Assembly (NCBI GenBank): GCA_963796455.1
Contig: CAWCLO010000001.1
Coordinates: forward strand, 1,024,001 to 1,088,000
Origin: Candidatus Sulfomarinibacteraceae bacterium
Lineage (GTDB): Bacteria; Acidobacteriota; Thermoanaerobaculia; Thermoanaerobaculales; Sulfomarinibacteraceae
Length of the DNA: 64,000 nt
Reading direction: 5' to 3'
Below the pieces are notes generated by a model that was not told the DNA's origin, ran no database searches, and was given only the letters and a program-made list of their open reading frames with translations. The translations under genes were made by a program, and so were the position numbers. This document shows positions 33,964-43,865 of the stretch, one piece after another (within the stretch, counting starts at the first letter, position 1; each line of letters begins with the position of its first letter).

Positions 33964-35451
33964 ATGGTTTTTTTCAATTGGGCGACGATGCAGATGGCTG
34001 CCAAGATCGTTTATTACGGTCCTGGTCTGTGTGGAAAAACGTCCAATCTCAGCTACATTTATGCCAAGACCTCACCCAATTCACGCGGCGAAATGGTCTC
34101 CCTCGAGACCGAGTCCGACCGAACCCTGTTTTTTGATCTTCTGCCGATCGAGGTCGGAACGATCGGCGGCTTCAAGACCCGACTTCAGCTCTATACCGTG
34201 CCCGGTCAGGTCTTCTACAACACAACCCGAAAACTGGTTCTCAAGGGCGTCGATGGTCTGGTCTTTGTCGCTGATTCCCAGCGTCCGATGCGCGACGCGA
34301 ATCTCGAGAGCTTTTCAACGCTGATCGAAAATCTGGAGGAGTTCGGCCTCGAGATGTCCGATCTTCCGATTGTCCTGCAATACAACAAACGAGACCTCAA
34401 AAACGTCCTTTCGATCGATGAACTCAATGCGGACCTCAACCCGGACGGCGATTTTCCTTATTTCGAAGCCTCGGCCGTAAACGGTGAAGGGGTCATCACG
34501 ACCCTCAAGGAAATCACCAAGATCACCCTCAAGAAACTTCGTGCTCGAATGTCGGCTCCGGAACCTTCGAAAAAGAAGGGCAAGATCGGAGGACCGACAG
34601 TTCGACCGGTCAAACCACCGCAGCCGGCACCATCCATCTCGGCGGCATCCCTCGCCCGTGCGGCGGAAGAAGGAGCCGGGGATCGGCAACTGGTCGAAAC
34701 TCCCGAGATCGAAGTCGAGATGCCGCCCCCGGAACCACCACCACCGCCACCACAGCCCCAGGTGATGGCCGAAGGCTCGGCCGCTGCGGAAATCCTCGTC
34801 GACTCTCCGCCTCAGGCAACCCCTGCCGCAGTGGCGCAGACGATCGAAGAACCGGCCGCACCCGAGTTTTTCGAGCCACCACCACCACCCAGGGAAGAAC
34901 CGATGCCGGTGGTGCCGGGCGTGACCGACCTCCCCACTTTCGAGAGCTCGGGACCAGATTTTGGCGAAATGGTCGCCGACCTCGGATCGAGTGATGAATC
35001 CGCCGTCGGCGTCGATGAGGTTGACGCCGCATCCGAGGTCGAGATCGAATTCGACGACAGCGACACACCGAAAGAAGAGCCTCCCCCGGTCAAGCGAGTT
35101 CACGTCACCGATCCGATGGATATCCTGGCTGAACTCGACGGACTCCGGAAACAGGCGACCATGCAGAACGGCAATCTTCGGGCCGCAACTTCCGCATCGG
35201 ATCTCGATATTGATTCGTTGATGGCCGCGAGTAAGCCCGAACAGACCCGCGAGCTCAGCAGGTCGATCGAAAAGGCTCTCAATTCGGACATATTCAAGAA
35301 CATGCGCGGTATGCAGCTGGCGATCCGCATCCAGAACGAAAGTGGAGAAACGATCCACACATTCGACCCTGTGTCCCTCGACGTCGAGGACGCCCGGTCA
35401 CTCAAGCAGCTGCGGCTCCGCTTTGCACTGGATCTGGAGAATATCCGTTGA
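33964..35451 (+). CDS. mglA: MglA-family small GTPase with Pro/Glu-rich linker and extra C-terminal domain
   Basis: Motifs KIVYYGPGLCGKTSN, RTLFFDLLP, LYTVPGQVFY and QYNKRDL, plus an extension of about 300 aa. Confidence 0.88.
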   Translation: MVFFNWATMQMAAKIVYYGPGLCGKTSNLSYIYAKTSPNSRGEMVSLETESDRTLFFDLLPIEVGTIGGFKTRLQLYTVPGQVFYNTTRKLVLKGVDGLVFVADSQRPMRDANLESFSTLIENLEEFGLEMSDLPIVLQYNKRDLKNVLSIDELNADLNPDGDFPYFEASAVNGEGVITTLKEITKITLKKLRARMSAPEPSKKKGKIGGPTVRPVKPPQPAPSISAASLARAAEEGAGDRQLVETPEIEVEMPPPEPPPPPPQPQVMAEGSAAAEILVDSPPQATPAAVAQTIEEPAAPEFFEPPPPPREEPMPVVPGVTDLPTFESSGPDFGEMVADLGSSDESAVGVDEVDAASEVEIEFDDSDTPKEEPPPVKRVHVTDPMDILAELDGLRKQATMQNGNLRAATSASDLDIDSLMAASKPEQTRELSRSIEKALNSDIFKNMRGMQLAIRIQNESGETIHTFDPVSLDVEDARSLKQLRLRFALDLENIR

Positions 35452-37451
35452 GCCCGACAAAAAAAGGTTCGATCGGCCGGCTACTGATTGCAGTGGCACC
35501 GGCCCTACTGATGGTTGCCTGTGCGACGTCCCCACCCGCATCGAATAAAAGTCAGATCGATGAGAAACTCCGGGCCAGGGCTCACACCGAATGGGAAGAA
35601 AGCACCCGAAACCGAGCCGACGCGCTGATGGCCCAGGCCCAGAATTTACAATCCGACGGTCTCTTCGCCGAGGCACTGGCCAGGACGGACGAGGCAATCT
35701 GTGAAGTTGTCGCCGTCCCGGCGGGTTATGAACCGCAAACGGCGTACATCGAGTATCTCGCGGAATTGATCGACGAGGCGAATGAACTCGAGACCTCGAT
35801 GCTTTCTTTCGAAGAAGGATTCGAGGAAAACCAGGAATTGGTGAGCCTCCCACCCCTCGACCTCTTCGTCGACGAGGACATCGGTGTCGTGGAAATCGAA
35901 GAGATCGAGGAGAGTCTCCTTCCCGAGAGCGACTTTCCGCTGGTTCTCAATCCGACGGTTGAAAAGTTTCTCGAAGCCATGAGCTCTCCAGGGGAATACC
36001 GGAATCGGATCGCAATCGGGCTCGGTCGCGCCGGAAGCTACCTTCCGATGATCCGGGAAAAGATGGAGGCTGCAGACCTGCCGGTGGACCTCAGCTATCT
36101 GCCGTTGATCGAATCCGCCTACTCCAATCGAGCCTATTCACGTGCCCGAGCTGTCGGAATGTGGCAGTTCATCGCCTCGACCGGTCGACACTACGATCTC
36201 GACGTCGGGTCCCTGGTTGATGATCGACGGGACCCCGTCCTGGCAACGGATGCGGCCATCGCATATCTGGACGATCTTTATGGCCAGTTTGGCGATTGGT
36301 ATCTCGCTTTGGCGGCTTACAACTCCGGATCCGGCAACGTACGGCGCGCCATCCGTCGATCCGGGAGCAAAGATTTCTGGGTTCTGCTCCGCTATCTGCC
36401 GCGGGAAACCCGCAATTACGTGCCGGCTTTCATCGCCTCGGTCATCGTCGCCCACGACCCCGAGAAATACGGTTTCGAAGCACCCCGTGATGAGCCCTGG
36501 CAATTCGATTCGATCGAGGTACCCGATGCCCTCGACCTCCAGGTTCTCGCCTCGGGAACGGGCATTCCGATCGACGATCTTCGCGAGCTCAACCCGGCAA
36601 TTCGCCGAGACCTCACCCCGGCCAGTGGGACGACAATGGTCCGTCTGCCTTCCGGCACCAGGGCCAAGGCAGAAGAAGTGCTCGCATCGACCCCACGCGA
36701 AGAGTGGGCGCCGAGAATGCTCCACACCGTGCGGTCGGGCGAAAGTCTCTATTCAATCGCCCGAAAGTACGGCTCGAGTGTCAGCGCCATCCGCCAGGCC
36801 AACGGTCTTCGGGGGAGCCTGATTCGACCGGGACAGAGCCTTGTCGTTCCGCGCTTCGGTTCCTCGGCATCGGCATCGGCCGGAGTGACTCGGCGCGCCG
36901 AGGCCGACGGCGCCTATGTGGTTCAGCGCAACGACACCCTGTCGGATATCGCGAGCGGATTCTCGATCTCGATCACCAGCCTCTGCAATGCCAATGGCCT
37001 CGATCGCCGCGACATCATCCGTCCGGGCCAACGATTGGTGATTCCCGGGACATCATCGACGCGCTCGTATACACCGGCCACCTCCACAGCTTCGGTATCA
37101 GAATCGGCCTCGGGATCTACTTATACCGTGCGCAAGGGCGACACCCTTTACGATATTGCCAATCGCTTCACGGTTTCAGTGAACTCGATCAAACGCGCCA
37201 ACGGCCTCTCAAGTTCGAGAATCTACCCTGGTAAGGTCCTGCGGATTCCGAATCCCGTGCAGGGCTCCAAAAAACAGCGCTCAACCTCGAACGCCACCAC
37301 CTATCGAGTTCGTAAGGGTGACACGCTCTACGACATCGCGCAGCGTTTCGGTGTTTCGATATCGGCTCTGCGGCAGGCCAACGGCCTTCGGAACTCGCGA
37401 ATCTATCCCGGCGATGTCCTGCAAATCCCGGGCAAGCAGGCAAAAAGCTGA
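35448..37451 (+). CDS. Lytic murein transglycosylase lipoprotein (MltD-like) with four LysM domains
   Basis: Lipobox MVAC and SLT motifs LIES, AVGMWQF, ALAAYNSG and ETRNYV, followed by four LysM repeats. Confidence 0.93.
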   Translation: MSPTKKGSIGRLLIAVAPALLMVACATSPPASNKSQIDEKLRARAHTEWEESTRNRADALMAQAQNLQSDGLFAEALARTDEAICEVVAVPAGYEPQTAYIEYLAELIDEANELETSMLSFEEGFEENQELVSLPPLDLFVDEDIGVVEIEEIEESLLPESDFPLVLNPTVEKFLEAMSSPGEYRNRIAIGLGRAGSYLPMIREKMEAADLPVDLSYLPLIESAYSNRAYSRARAVGMWQFIASTGRHYDLDVGSLVDDRRDPVLATDAAIAYLDDLYGQFGDWYLALAAYNSGSGNVRRAIRRSGSKDFWVLLRYLPRETRNYVPAFIASVIVAHDPEKYGFEAPRDEPWQFDSIEVPDALDLQVLASGTGIPIDDLRELNPAIRRDLTPASGTTMVRLPSGTRAKAEEVLASTPREEWAPRMLHTVRSGESLYSIARKYGSSVSAIRQANGLRGSLIRPGQSLVVPRFGSSASASAGVTRRAEADGAYVVQRNDTLSDIASGFSISITSLCNANGLDRRDIIRPGQRLVIPGTSSTRSYTPATSTASVSESASGSTYTVRKGDTLYDIANRFTVSVNSIKRANGLSSSRIYPGKVLRIPNPVQGSKKQRSTSNATTYRVRKGDTLYDIAQRFGVSISALRQANGLRNSRIYPGDVLQIPGKQAKS

Positions 37452-37698
37452 ATTTCCCGCCGCCTGTTCGCCGAATCGCTGCTACAATTCCCTGCCTGCT
37501 CCCATGCGATTTTTCGCTGGCGACACTGGAGATCTCGATGGAGAAACGAGCGGTTTTCTGCAATGACACAAGGCAAGGATTTGCGCGACGTGAGCTTCGT
37601 TACCCTGCCCACAACAATTCGAGAACTGATTCGGCGACCGCAATCATGCGCTGCCTCCGGATCAATACCCTTCTGCAGCGTTCAACTGAGGAGCCCGG

Positions 37699-39813
37699 AT
37701 GACTGAAACCGTCACGATCAGACCAGAATTCAGCGATGCCCTCGAAATCGAAGATTGGGGCAAAATCGAGGAACTCTGGTTGGAGTCCCTGGAAAAAAAA
37801 CCGGTCCCCACCAAGGAACTCTTTGAAGTCCGTCGCCTGATATGGAAGGCGGGTCGCAAGAACCTCGCCAGAACGCTTCTCGAGCTGCTTGCCGATTCAT
37901 TGGAGGGGTCAAAATCCAGCGAAGATTATCTGACCGCGATGCGCGAGTTGACCCGCCTGTCGGACTCGAAACCATCCGGCGAACTCGTTGACCGCCTGGT
38001 GGCCAGCGTACGCAAGGCCCGACGCGACAGCCCGTCGCTCCAGGCGGTGCTCGACCGACACCCGATCGCGGGCGAACGGAAACCGCTCAAGGAGCTCGAT
38101 GCCGTCGAGTGCTGGCTCGATCACGACGTGGGTACGGTGGTCGAAGTCGCCGGTAAGGGTGTTGGTCGAGTTGTCGACCTGAACCTTCAACTCGAAAACA
38201 TCAAGGTCGATGTAGGGACCGGGCGACCCATGTCGATTCCCTTCGGCGCCGTCAGAAAATTTCTCAAACCGCTTCCCGATGGCGACATCCGGCGCCGCAA
38301 AGTCGAAGATCCCGAGGGCCTCACGGAATTTGTCGAGGCACAACCCGGCGAGGCCCTGGTTCAGGTGCTCGAGAGTCTCGGCGAGACCTCGGACGTTGGC
38401 GCCATCAAAGCTGCCCTGATTGGAGTCCTCCCACCCACGCGCTGGAACTCATGGTGGGCCAAGGCTCGAAAGCACCCCCGGGTTCTGAGTTCGGGGTCCG
38501 GTTCGAGACTGCGCTACACGGTCAGCCATAGCGCCGAAGGCGCAGACGAAACCCTGCTCGAGGAACTCCGCATGTCGACCGGCATGGCTCGCCTCAAGAT
38601 TGCTCGCAGACTTGCCGACCGCGGCACCGATATCGCAACACTTACCGGGTCAATTCTCGCGGAGTCGTTACCGGAAGTGGAGGCCACCGACCCCGGCGTA
38701 GCCTGGCAGACAACCGGAGTCCTCGCCGGATTGCCCGGAGGTGAGGAAGCCGCGAACGCATCCCGGAGCCGGTTGTTGAGTGATGCCGAGCCGATCGCTC
38801 TCCTTTCAGGGGTGAGCGACCGGGGCGTCCGTTGGGACGCTCTCGAAGCCATCGCGTCCGCCAAACCCGATACCTGGCCAGAAGTCTGGGCGACTTGGCT
38901 TCTGCATGAAGAAAACCCTCAGCATCTCCGAGCCATTACCACCCGACTTGAAAGCGAAGGCCACACCAACCTCACCGATCGCTCGATGGAACTGGTGTTT
39001 AGAAACCATGCCGAGCACGCGGCGCAGTTCATCTGGGCCTGTGAAATCATGACCGAAGACGATTGCCCTGAATCGGTTCGCCAACGCATGACTCCTTCGG
39101 TCCTGGAAAAAATCCCCGACACGATCACGCGCCGGGATTTCTCGCCCTACCGGAGCCGCGGCAAGGGCCTGCTCGACGGCGGAAAAGTCGCGATCCGCCT
39201 GTTGATGGAATCGGCGTCGGAGTCGCAGGCAAGTCGATTCAATCAGCGAATCGCCCGACTCGACACGGTCGAACCCCATCGTGTGAGGCTCGTCGAACAG
39301 GCCGCACGACATCTGCGGGGCGATGACCAGGGTAGCGACGTGCCGGTACTCGCCGCTACCAAAGAGGCTATCGCAGGCAAGAGGGAAGAACTCAGGACCT
39401 TGCTCGAAGTCGACATTCCAAAGACCCTGAAGGGCATCAACGCGGCTGCGGCCGAAGGTGATCTACGCGAGAACTTCGAGTACCACATGCTTCGCGACCG
39501 GCAGGAGCTGCAATCGGCACGGGCGGCGAAGCTGCAGCAGGAGCTCACAATCGTTCGAGTCCTCGAGCCGGGAGCGGCCGACACCAGCGTGGTCAATATC
39601 GGTACCATCGTGCACTTCGAGAGTGATGGCGATCAGGGCGTTGAACCGATCACCATTCTCGGCGCCTGGGACGCCGACCTCGACCGCCGGATCTATGCAA
39701 ACGGTACCGGTCTGGCGGAAGGGTTGCTCGGCACCTCCATCGGCGACGAAGTCGAGGTCGAGGAGGGAACGGCCACCATCACACGAATCGAGGCATGGCA
39801 GGGCTCGGATTGA
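37699..39813 (+). CDS. greA: GreA/GreB family factor with long N-terminal extension
   Basis: C-terminal AAAEGDLRENFEY, TILGAWD and LAEGLLG. Confidence 0.88.
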   Translation: MTETVTIRPEFSDALEIEDWGKIEELWLESLEKKPVPTKELFEVRRLIWKAGRKNLARTLLELLADSLEGSKSSEDYLTAMRELTRLSDSKPSGELVDRLVASVRKARRDSPSLQAVLDRHPIAGERKPLKELDAVECWLDHDVGTVVEVAGKGVGRVVDLNLQLENIKVDVGTGRPMSIPFGAVRKFLKPLPDGDIRRRKVEDPEGLTEFVEAQPGEALVQVLESLGETSDVGAIKAALIGVLPPTRWNSWWAKARKHPRVLSSGSGSRLRYTVSHSAEGADETLLEELRMSTGMARLKIARRLADRGTDIATLTGSILAESLPEVEATDPGVAWQTTGVLAGLPGGEEAANASRSRLLSDAEPIALLSGVSDRGVRWDALEAIASAKPDTWPEVWATWLLHEENPQHLRAITTRLESEGHTNLTDRSMELVFRNHAEHAAQFIWACEIMTEDDCPESVRQRMTPSVLEKIPDTITRRDFSPYRSRGKGLLDGGKVAIRLLMESASESQASRFNQRIARLDTVEPHRVRLVEQAARHLRGDDQGSDVPVLAATKEAIAGKREELRTLLEVDIPKTLKGINAAAAEGDLRENFEYHMLRDRQELQSARAAKLQQELTIVRVLEPGAADTSVVNIGTIVHFESDGDQGVEPITILGAWDADLDRRIYANGTGLAEGLLGTSIGDEVEVEEGTATITRIEAWQGSD

Positions 39814-39830
39814 ATTAGGAATTAGGAATG
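39812..39830. repeat. AATTAGG heptamer repeat; 19-bp inverted partner of 40850-40868
   Basis: GAATTAGGAATTAGGAATG overlaps the greA stop. Confidence 0.75.
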
Positions 39831-39905
39831 CCGCCAAACCAGCGGTAGCGTTCAAGCGGCGCTGGCAACGTTCTGTTCCTCAGACGATCAACTCTTGACT
39901 TGGGG

Positions 39906-40808
39906 TCATTTAACGTCGTCGGGTCGCGTCCGCCACCTCCGGTGCATCCAAACCCATTGTTCCGGATGGGAACGCACCTGCTCCTCGATCATCTCGGTGA
40001 TGTTTTTTGTCAGGAGCTGTACCCGATCTTCCAGCGACCCCTCCTCAGGAATCATGACGGGAGGGTGGATCAAGGCCTTATGGCTCCCGTCAGGAAGACG
40101 ATAGATAAAGCCAGGCACCACTGGGCAGCGCATCCGAATGGCCAGTGTCGCCAGACCGGATGGCGTCCATGCCGGGTGGCCAAAAAAAGGTACAAAAACA
40201 CCGGGAATATCGCGGATGTCCTGATCGATCAACAGCCCGACGACCTGGTTGCGACCGAGCGCCCTCGCCAGCTGTCGTCCCGCCGCCGGTCCGCGGGGCA
40301 CGATTTGGGTTCCGAAGCGGGTGCGCATCGTGGTCACGATCTGATCGAGGCGAGGATCATCGAGTTCGCGGACTGCGGATATCAACGGAACCCCACCTAT
40401 CGGCAGGCGAGCGGAGAGCAGTTCCCAGTTTCCGCAGTGAGCGGTCGCAAACATCGCGCCGCGCCCTCCCTCGAGGGCATGGTCAAAGTGCTCCAACCCT
40501 TCGATCGAGCACAACTCTTCCACCTCTTCCGCCTTGGCGCCCCACAGCCAGGCAACTTCGGCAAACATCGTGCCGAAATGGCGGGCGCAACCTCGCATGA
40601 TGTCGCTCCGGGCCGTGTCATCGAGTTCGGGATAGGCGATTTCGAGATGAGATTGAATGCGCTGCCGATCGCGCGGGATCCAGCGCAACGCGGCAGCGCC
40701 AAAAACCGGACCCAGAAATCGGGTCAGCCTCAAGGGCAACCTGCTTCCGATTCCGAAGAAGATCCTCAAGCCGAGGTAAACAATGTGGTTTCTGAGCCGA
40801 CGAGCCAT
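39906..40808 (-). CDS. Lipid A biosynthesis-type (LpxL/HtrB family) acyltransferase
   Basis: Motifs HCGNWE, LIDQD, VPFFG and PEQWVWMHRRW. Confidence 0.9.
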   Translation of the reverse strand: MARRLRNHIVYLGLRIFFGIGSRLPLRLTRFLGPVFGAAALRWIPRDRQRIQSHLEIAYPELDDTARSDIMRGCARHFGTMFAEVAWLWGAKAEEVEELCSIEGLEHFDHALEGGRGAMFATAHCGNWELLSARLPIGGVPLISAVRELDDPRLDQIVTTMRTRFGTQIVPRGPAAGRQLARALGRNQVVGLLIDQDIRDIPGVFVPFFGHPAWTPSGLATLAIRMRCPVVPGFIYRLPDGSHKALIHPPVMIPEEGSLEDRVQLLTKNITEMIEEQVRSHPEQWVWMHRRWRTRPDDVK

Positions 40809-40849
40809 GGGTCAGTTTAGCGCGCCACTGGATTGCGGGCGAGGTGCGA

Positions 40850-40897
40850 CATTCCTAATTCCTAATTCTTAAATCTTTATTCTTAATTCTTAATTCT
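40850..40897. repeat. AATTCCT/AATTCTT heptamer array at the nth 3' end
   Basis: Sequence CATTCCTAATTCCTAATTCTTAAATCTTTATTCTTAATTCTTAATTCT. Confidence 0.8.
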
Positions 40898-41533
40898 TTT
40901 CTCGACCCCCACTCGCGGGCAGACCTCGTTCAACACACACCCGTCGCACTTCGGCGACCGGGCTGAGCACACCCGGCGGCCATGCAGAATCAACCTGGTC
41001 GAAAATTGGATCCACTCCTCACGGCGGATGAGCTGTTCGAGATCGGCAGCTATCTTTTCCGGAACATCATTCGACGTCAGTCCCAACCGTTGGGCCAGGC
41101 GCCGGACATGGGTGTCGACCGTGACCCCGGCCGCGATATTGAAGCCGATGCCGAGAACCACCTTGGCGGTCTTGCGCCCGACTCCCGGCAACGCCACCAG
41201 ATGATCCATATCTGCAGGAACGAATCCATCGTGGATTTCTTCGACCATTCGGGCCGCGGTTCGAAGTGATTTCGCTTTCTGGCGAAACATCCCCGTCGAT
41301 CGAATGACCTCCTCGACCTCATCCCTGGGAGCGGAGGCGAGGGCGGCCGGGCTCGGCCAGCGCTGGAAAATGGTCGGCGTCACCTGGTTGACGCGCACAT
41401 CAGTACACTGGGCCGACAGGATCGTGGCGACCAGAAGCTCCCACGGCGATTCGTGGTCAAGCTCGCAATGGGCATCCGGATACTCCCCTGCCAGGAGCTC
41501 CACCACGCGCCCGGCACGATCTCGAGGCTGCAT
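40883..41533 (-). CDS. nth: Endonuclease III
   Basis: Motifs LSAQCTD, LPGVGRKTA, VDTHV and a C-x6-C-x2-C-x5-C 4Fe-4S motif. Confidence 0.97.
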   Translation of the reverse strand: MQPRDRAGRVVELLAGEYPDAHCELDHESPWELLVATILSAQCTDVRVNQVTPTIFQRWPSPAALASAPRDEVEEVIRSTGMFRQKAKSLRTAARMVEEIHDGFVPADMDHLVALPGVGRKTAKVVLGIGFNIAAGVTVDTHVRRLAQRLGLTSNDVPEKIAADLEQLIRREEWIQFSTRLILHGRRVCSARSPKCDGCVLNEVCPRVGVEKRIKN

Positions 41534-43201
41534 TCAGTATTTGAAGCTCGAACCACCGATGAATTCCCGGAGGAGTGACGTCTGCGGCACCTCGTCCGGG
41601 AAGATCGGCACGAAAATGGAGAGGTGTTTGAGCAACCGATAGGCTTCGGTATAGGCGGGGCTGCTCCTCGGGACCTGGAGGAGAAAGCGCTCGGCATAGA
41701 CCTTGAGAACGGCCGGTTCGTAGACCAGCGCCGAGTTGAACATGACATCCGCCTGCTCTTGAAATGGAAAGATCCACTTCCCTTCACCGCGGCGAACACT
41801 CTCCCAGAGCTGCAGCGTCCGCTCGGCGGTAAAGCCCCTGAAGAGGTGATCACGCACCAACCGTCTGATGAGGCGCGCGTCGGAGGTGAAAATGCGATTG
41901 TGATCATCGATCGCAAGCTGGGACAACGCTGAGATGAAGATGCGGAAACAATGCTCTTTTGGAACCGATTGGGTGAGGCGATCGTTGAGTCCGTGGATGC
42001 CTTCGACCACAAGGACCTGGTCGTCTCCAAGGCGCATCGGCACCCAGTTTTCATTTTTTTCACGCTGACCGGTGACAAAGTCGAATCGTGGAGTCCGTAC
42101 TTCTCTACCGGCCAGGAGATCCGCAAGTTGGCTGTGAAAAAGCTCGAGGTCGATGGCTTCCAGAGCCTCGAAGTCCAGATTTCCTTGTTCATCAAGGGGT
42201 GTATCTTCGCGATTGACATAATAATTGTCGAGCGATAGCGAAACCATTTCGATTCCGTTGACCATCAACTGGATGCCGAGACGTTTCGCAAAGGTCGTTT
42301 TGCCGGAAGATGACGGCCCAGCGATCGTCACCAATCGAACCCTCGGCTCGCGCGAAAGAATGTTGTCGGCCACCCGGGAGATCTTCTTCTCGTGTAAACC
42401 CTCTGCAATGCGCAGTATGTCTCGGATTTTACCGTCAAGACAGAGGCGATTCAGCTGGCCCACATTTTGCGCACCAAGCAGTTCTTGCCAGCGCCGGGTC
42501 TCGGCATAGGTTGCGTAGAGAAGTGGACGGGGCGAAAAACGAGGCAGATGATTGCGGTCCGCCCGGCGGGGAAAACGCAACATCAACCCGTCTTCGTAGG
42601 GAATCACCCCAAAGGTCGGACAACACCCGGTGTGCGGGGCGTACGGCCCGTAGGCAAGGTCTCTGAATTGCCCACAGGTGATGACATGAACGGTTGACGA
42701 GCGGCGAGTTGCGAGGAGCCCGAGCTTGTCTTCGCAACCGTTCACACGACAATATTTCTCCGCCTCTTCGATGGTCACCGTCAAGCGGTGAAAAGTCCTG
42801 GATTCCTGGTGGATGAGGCGCATCGCCTCCTCGATAGCCGGCGCCATTTCCTCCAGATCCGGGTGGGTTCCGCGAAGCTGATAGTGATAGCAGTTGCCGA
42901 GGCTTTGCCCGATGACGGTGCGTGCCTCCGGATACAACATCCGGCAAGCTTCGTTGAACATCAGGCTCACCGACCGCTTGTAAACCGACTCACCACCCCG
43001 GTCTCCGTAACAGACGAGTTCCAGATCCACTTCACCACGAAGCGGGAAATCGAGCATCACCTGTCGGCGATTGACCAGGGCGCAGAGCACTGTGTCGGGA
43101 ACGCTGCCGTTGATTCCACGAAGAAATTCGTCGACGCGGATACCGGACTCCACGCGTCGGATCTCACCTTGATATCGAACCTCAACCCGGTTGTTTTTCA
43201 T
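41534..43201 (-). CDS. Nucleoside (uridine) kinase with ThrRS-N/TGS-like N-terminal domain
   Basis: P-loop AGPSSSGKTT and motifs SLDNYY, VEGIHGLN and RRLVRD. An alternative start lies at 43243. Confidence 0.88.
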   Translation of the reverse strand: MKNNRVEVRYQGEIRRVESGIRVDEFLRGINGSVPDTVLCALVNRRQVMLDFPLRGEVDLELVCYGDRGGESVYKRSVSLMFNEACRMLYPEARTVIGQSLGNCYHYQLRGTHPDLEEMAPAIEEAMRLIHQESRTFHRLTVTIEEAEKYCRVNGCEDKLGLLATRRSSTVHVITCGQFRDLAYGPYAPHTGCCPTFGVIPYEDGLMLRFPRRADRNHLPRFSPRPLLYATYAETRRWQELLGAQNVGQLNRLCLDGKIRDILRIAEGLHEKKISRVADNILSREPRVRLVTIAGPSSSGKTTFAKRLGIQLMVNGIEMVSLSLDNYYVNREDTPLDEQGNLDFEALEAIDLELFHSQLADLLAGREVRTPRFDFVTGQREKNENWVPMRLGDDQVLVVEGIHGLNDRLTQSVPKEHCFRIFISALSQLAIDDHNRIFTSDARLIRRLVRDHLFRGFTAERTLQLWESVRRGEGKWIFPFQEQADVMFNSALVYEPAVLKVYAERFLLQVPRSSPAYTEAYRLLKHLSIFVPIFPDEVPQTSLLREFIGGSSFKY

Positions 43202-43312
43202 AAGGCTCCAGTTTCGCGTCAATGGCCTGGTCCACCGGACCATGGAAGATCATAGACCAGCCTCGATTCAGTCTGCGCTATAGTTGGCGGGTCTCTCTCG
43301 ATAGGTGACATT

Positions 43313-43690
43313 ATGACTCAGAAAAAACCAAGCAAATCGATGGCCTGTCCAGCGTGGCTCGAGGTCGACGCCAGTGGCGAATGGAGCCGGGTTTTGCGGG
43401 CGGGAGTGAAGGAGGGTGTCGACGCAGATGCGATCACCGCCTATTGCACCAGCTTCGCACTATGGCGGCGGGTCGATGCCTTGATTCAAACTCTGGAGGA
43501 ACACGACGTCCTTTCCTGGACCCACCCCGACGGCCGCCCCCGCCAGCATCCGGCGCTGGCCATCGAGGCCCGTCTGACGGCGGATCTCACCGAGCTCGCC
43601 AAAACAATCGGCCTCGAGGACAACGGCCTCGACGGACGGCATCCGACGCGAATTCTGGTTCTCGACGAGGGGCCATCGGACCACATATGA
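43313..43690 (+). CDS. P27-family phage terminase small subunit-like protein
   Basis: Pattern PAWL...A..EW, D.DAITAYC..FA.W, G..RQHPA and LAKTIGL. Confidence 0.65.
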   Translation: MTQKKPSKSMACPAWLEVDASGEWSRVLRAGVKEGVDADAITAYCTSFALWRRVDALIQTLEEHDVLSWTHPDGRPRQHPALAIEARLTADLTELAKTIGLEDNGLDGRHPTRILVLDEGPSDHI

Positions 43691-43752
43691 TGAGATTTCT
43701 GCTCTGGTCCACGGTGCGCAACGGCCCTTGGGACCACGACCGGAGCAAGGGA

Positions 43753-43862
43753 TTGCAGAAAAATCGGGCTGCCGTATACTGAAGATTCTTTTAAGGCGCC
43801 CATGCCATACCGAAGGGTGGTCGAGTCAGTCGGCTTTACGGGGGCATGGGCGCTATTTTTTT
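43753..43862 (+). ncRNA. Candidate promoter plus hairpin small RNA or terminator
   Basis: TTGCAG-16 nt-TATACT (43753-43780), an 11-bp perfect stem 43796-43806/43843-43853 with a further-paired interior, then TATTTTTTT. Confidence 0.4.
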
Positions 43863-43865
43863 GCA

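Noticed and set aside
43811..43842. tRNA (GAAGGGTGGTCGAGT resembles a tRNA-Ser/Leu 5' end)
   Set aside because: There is no anticodon arm, T-loop or acceptor stem, and the sequence folds better as a single rod.
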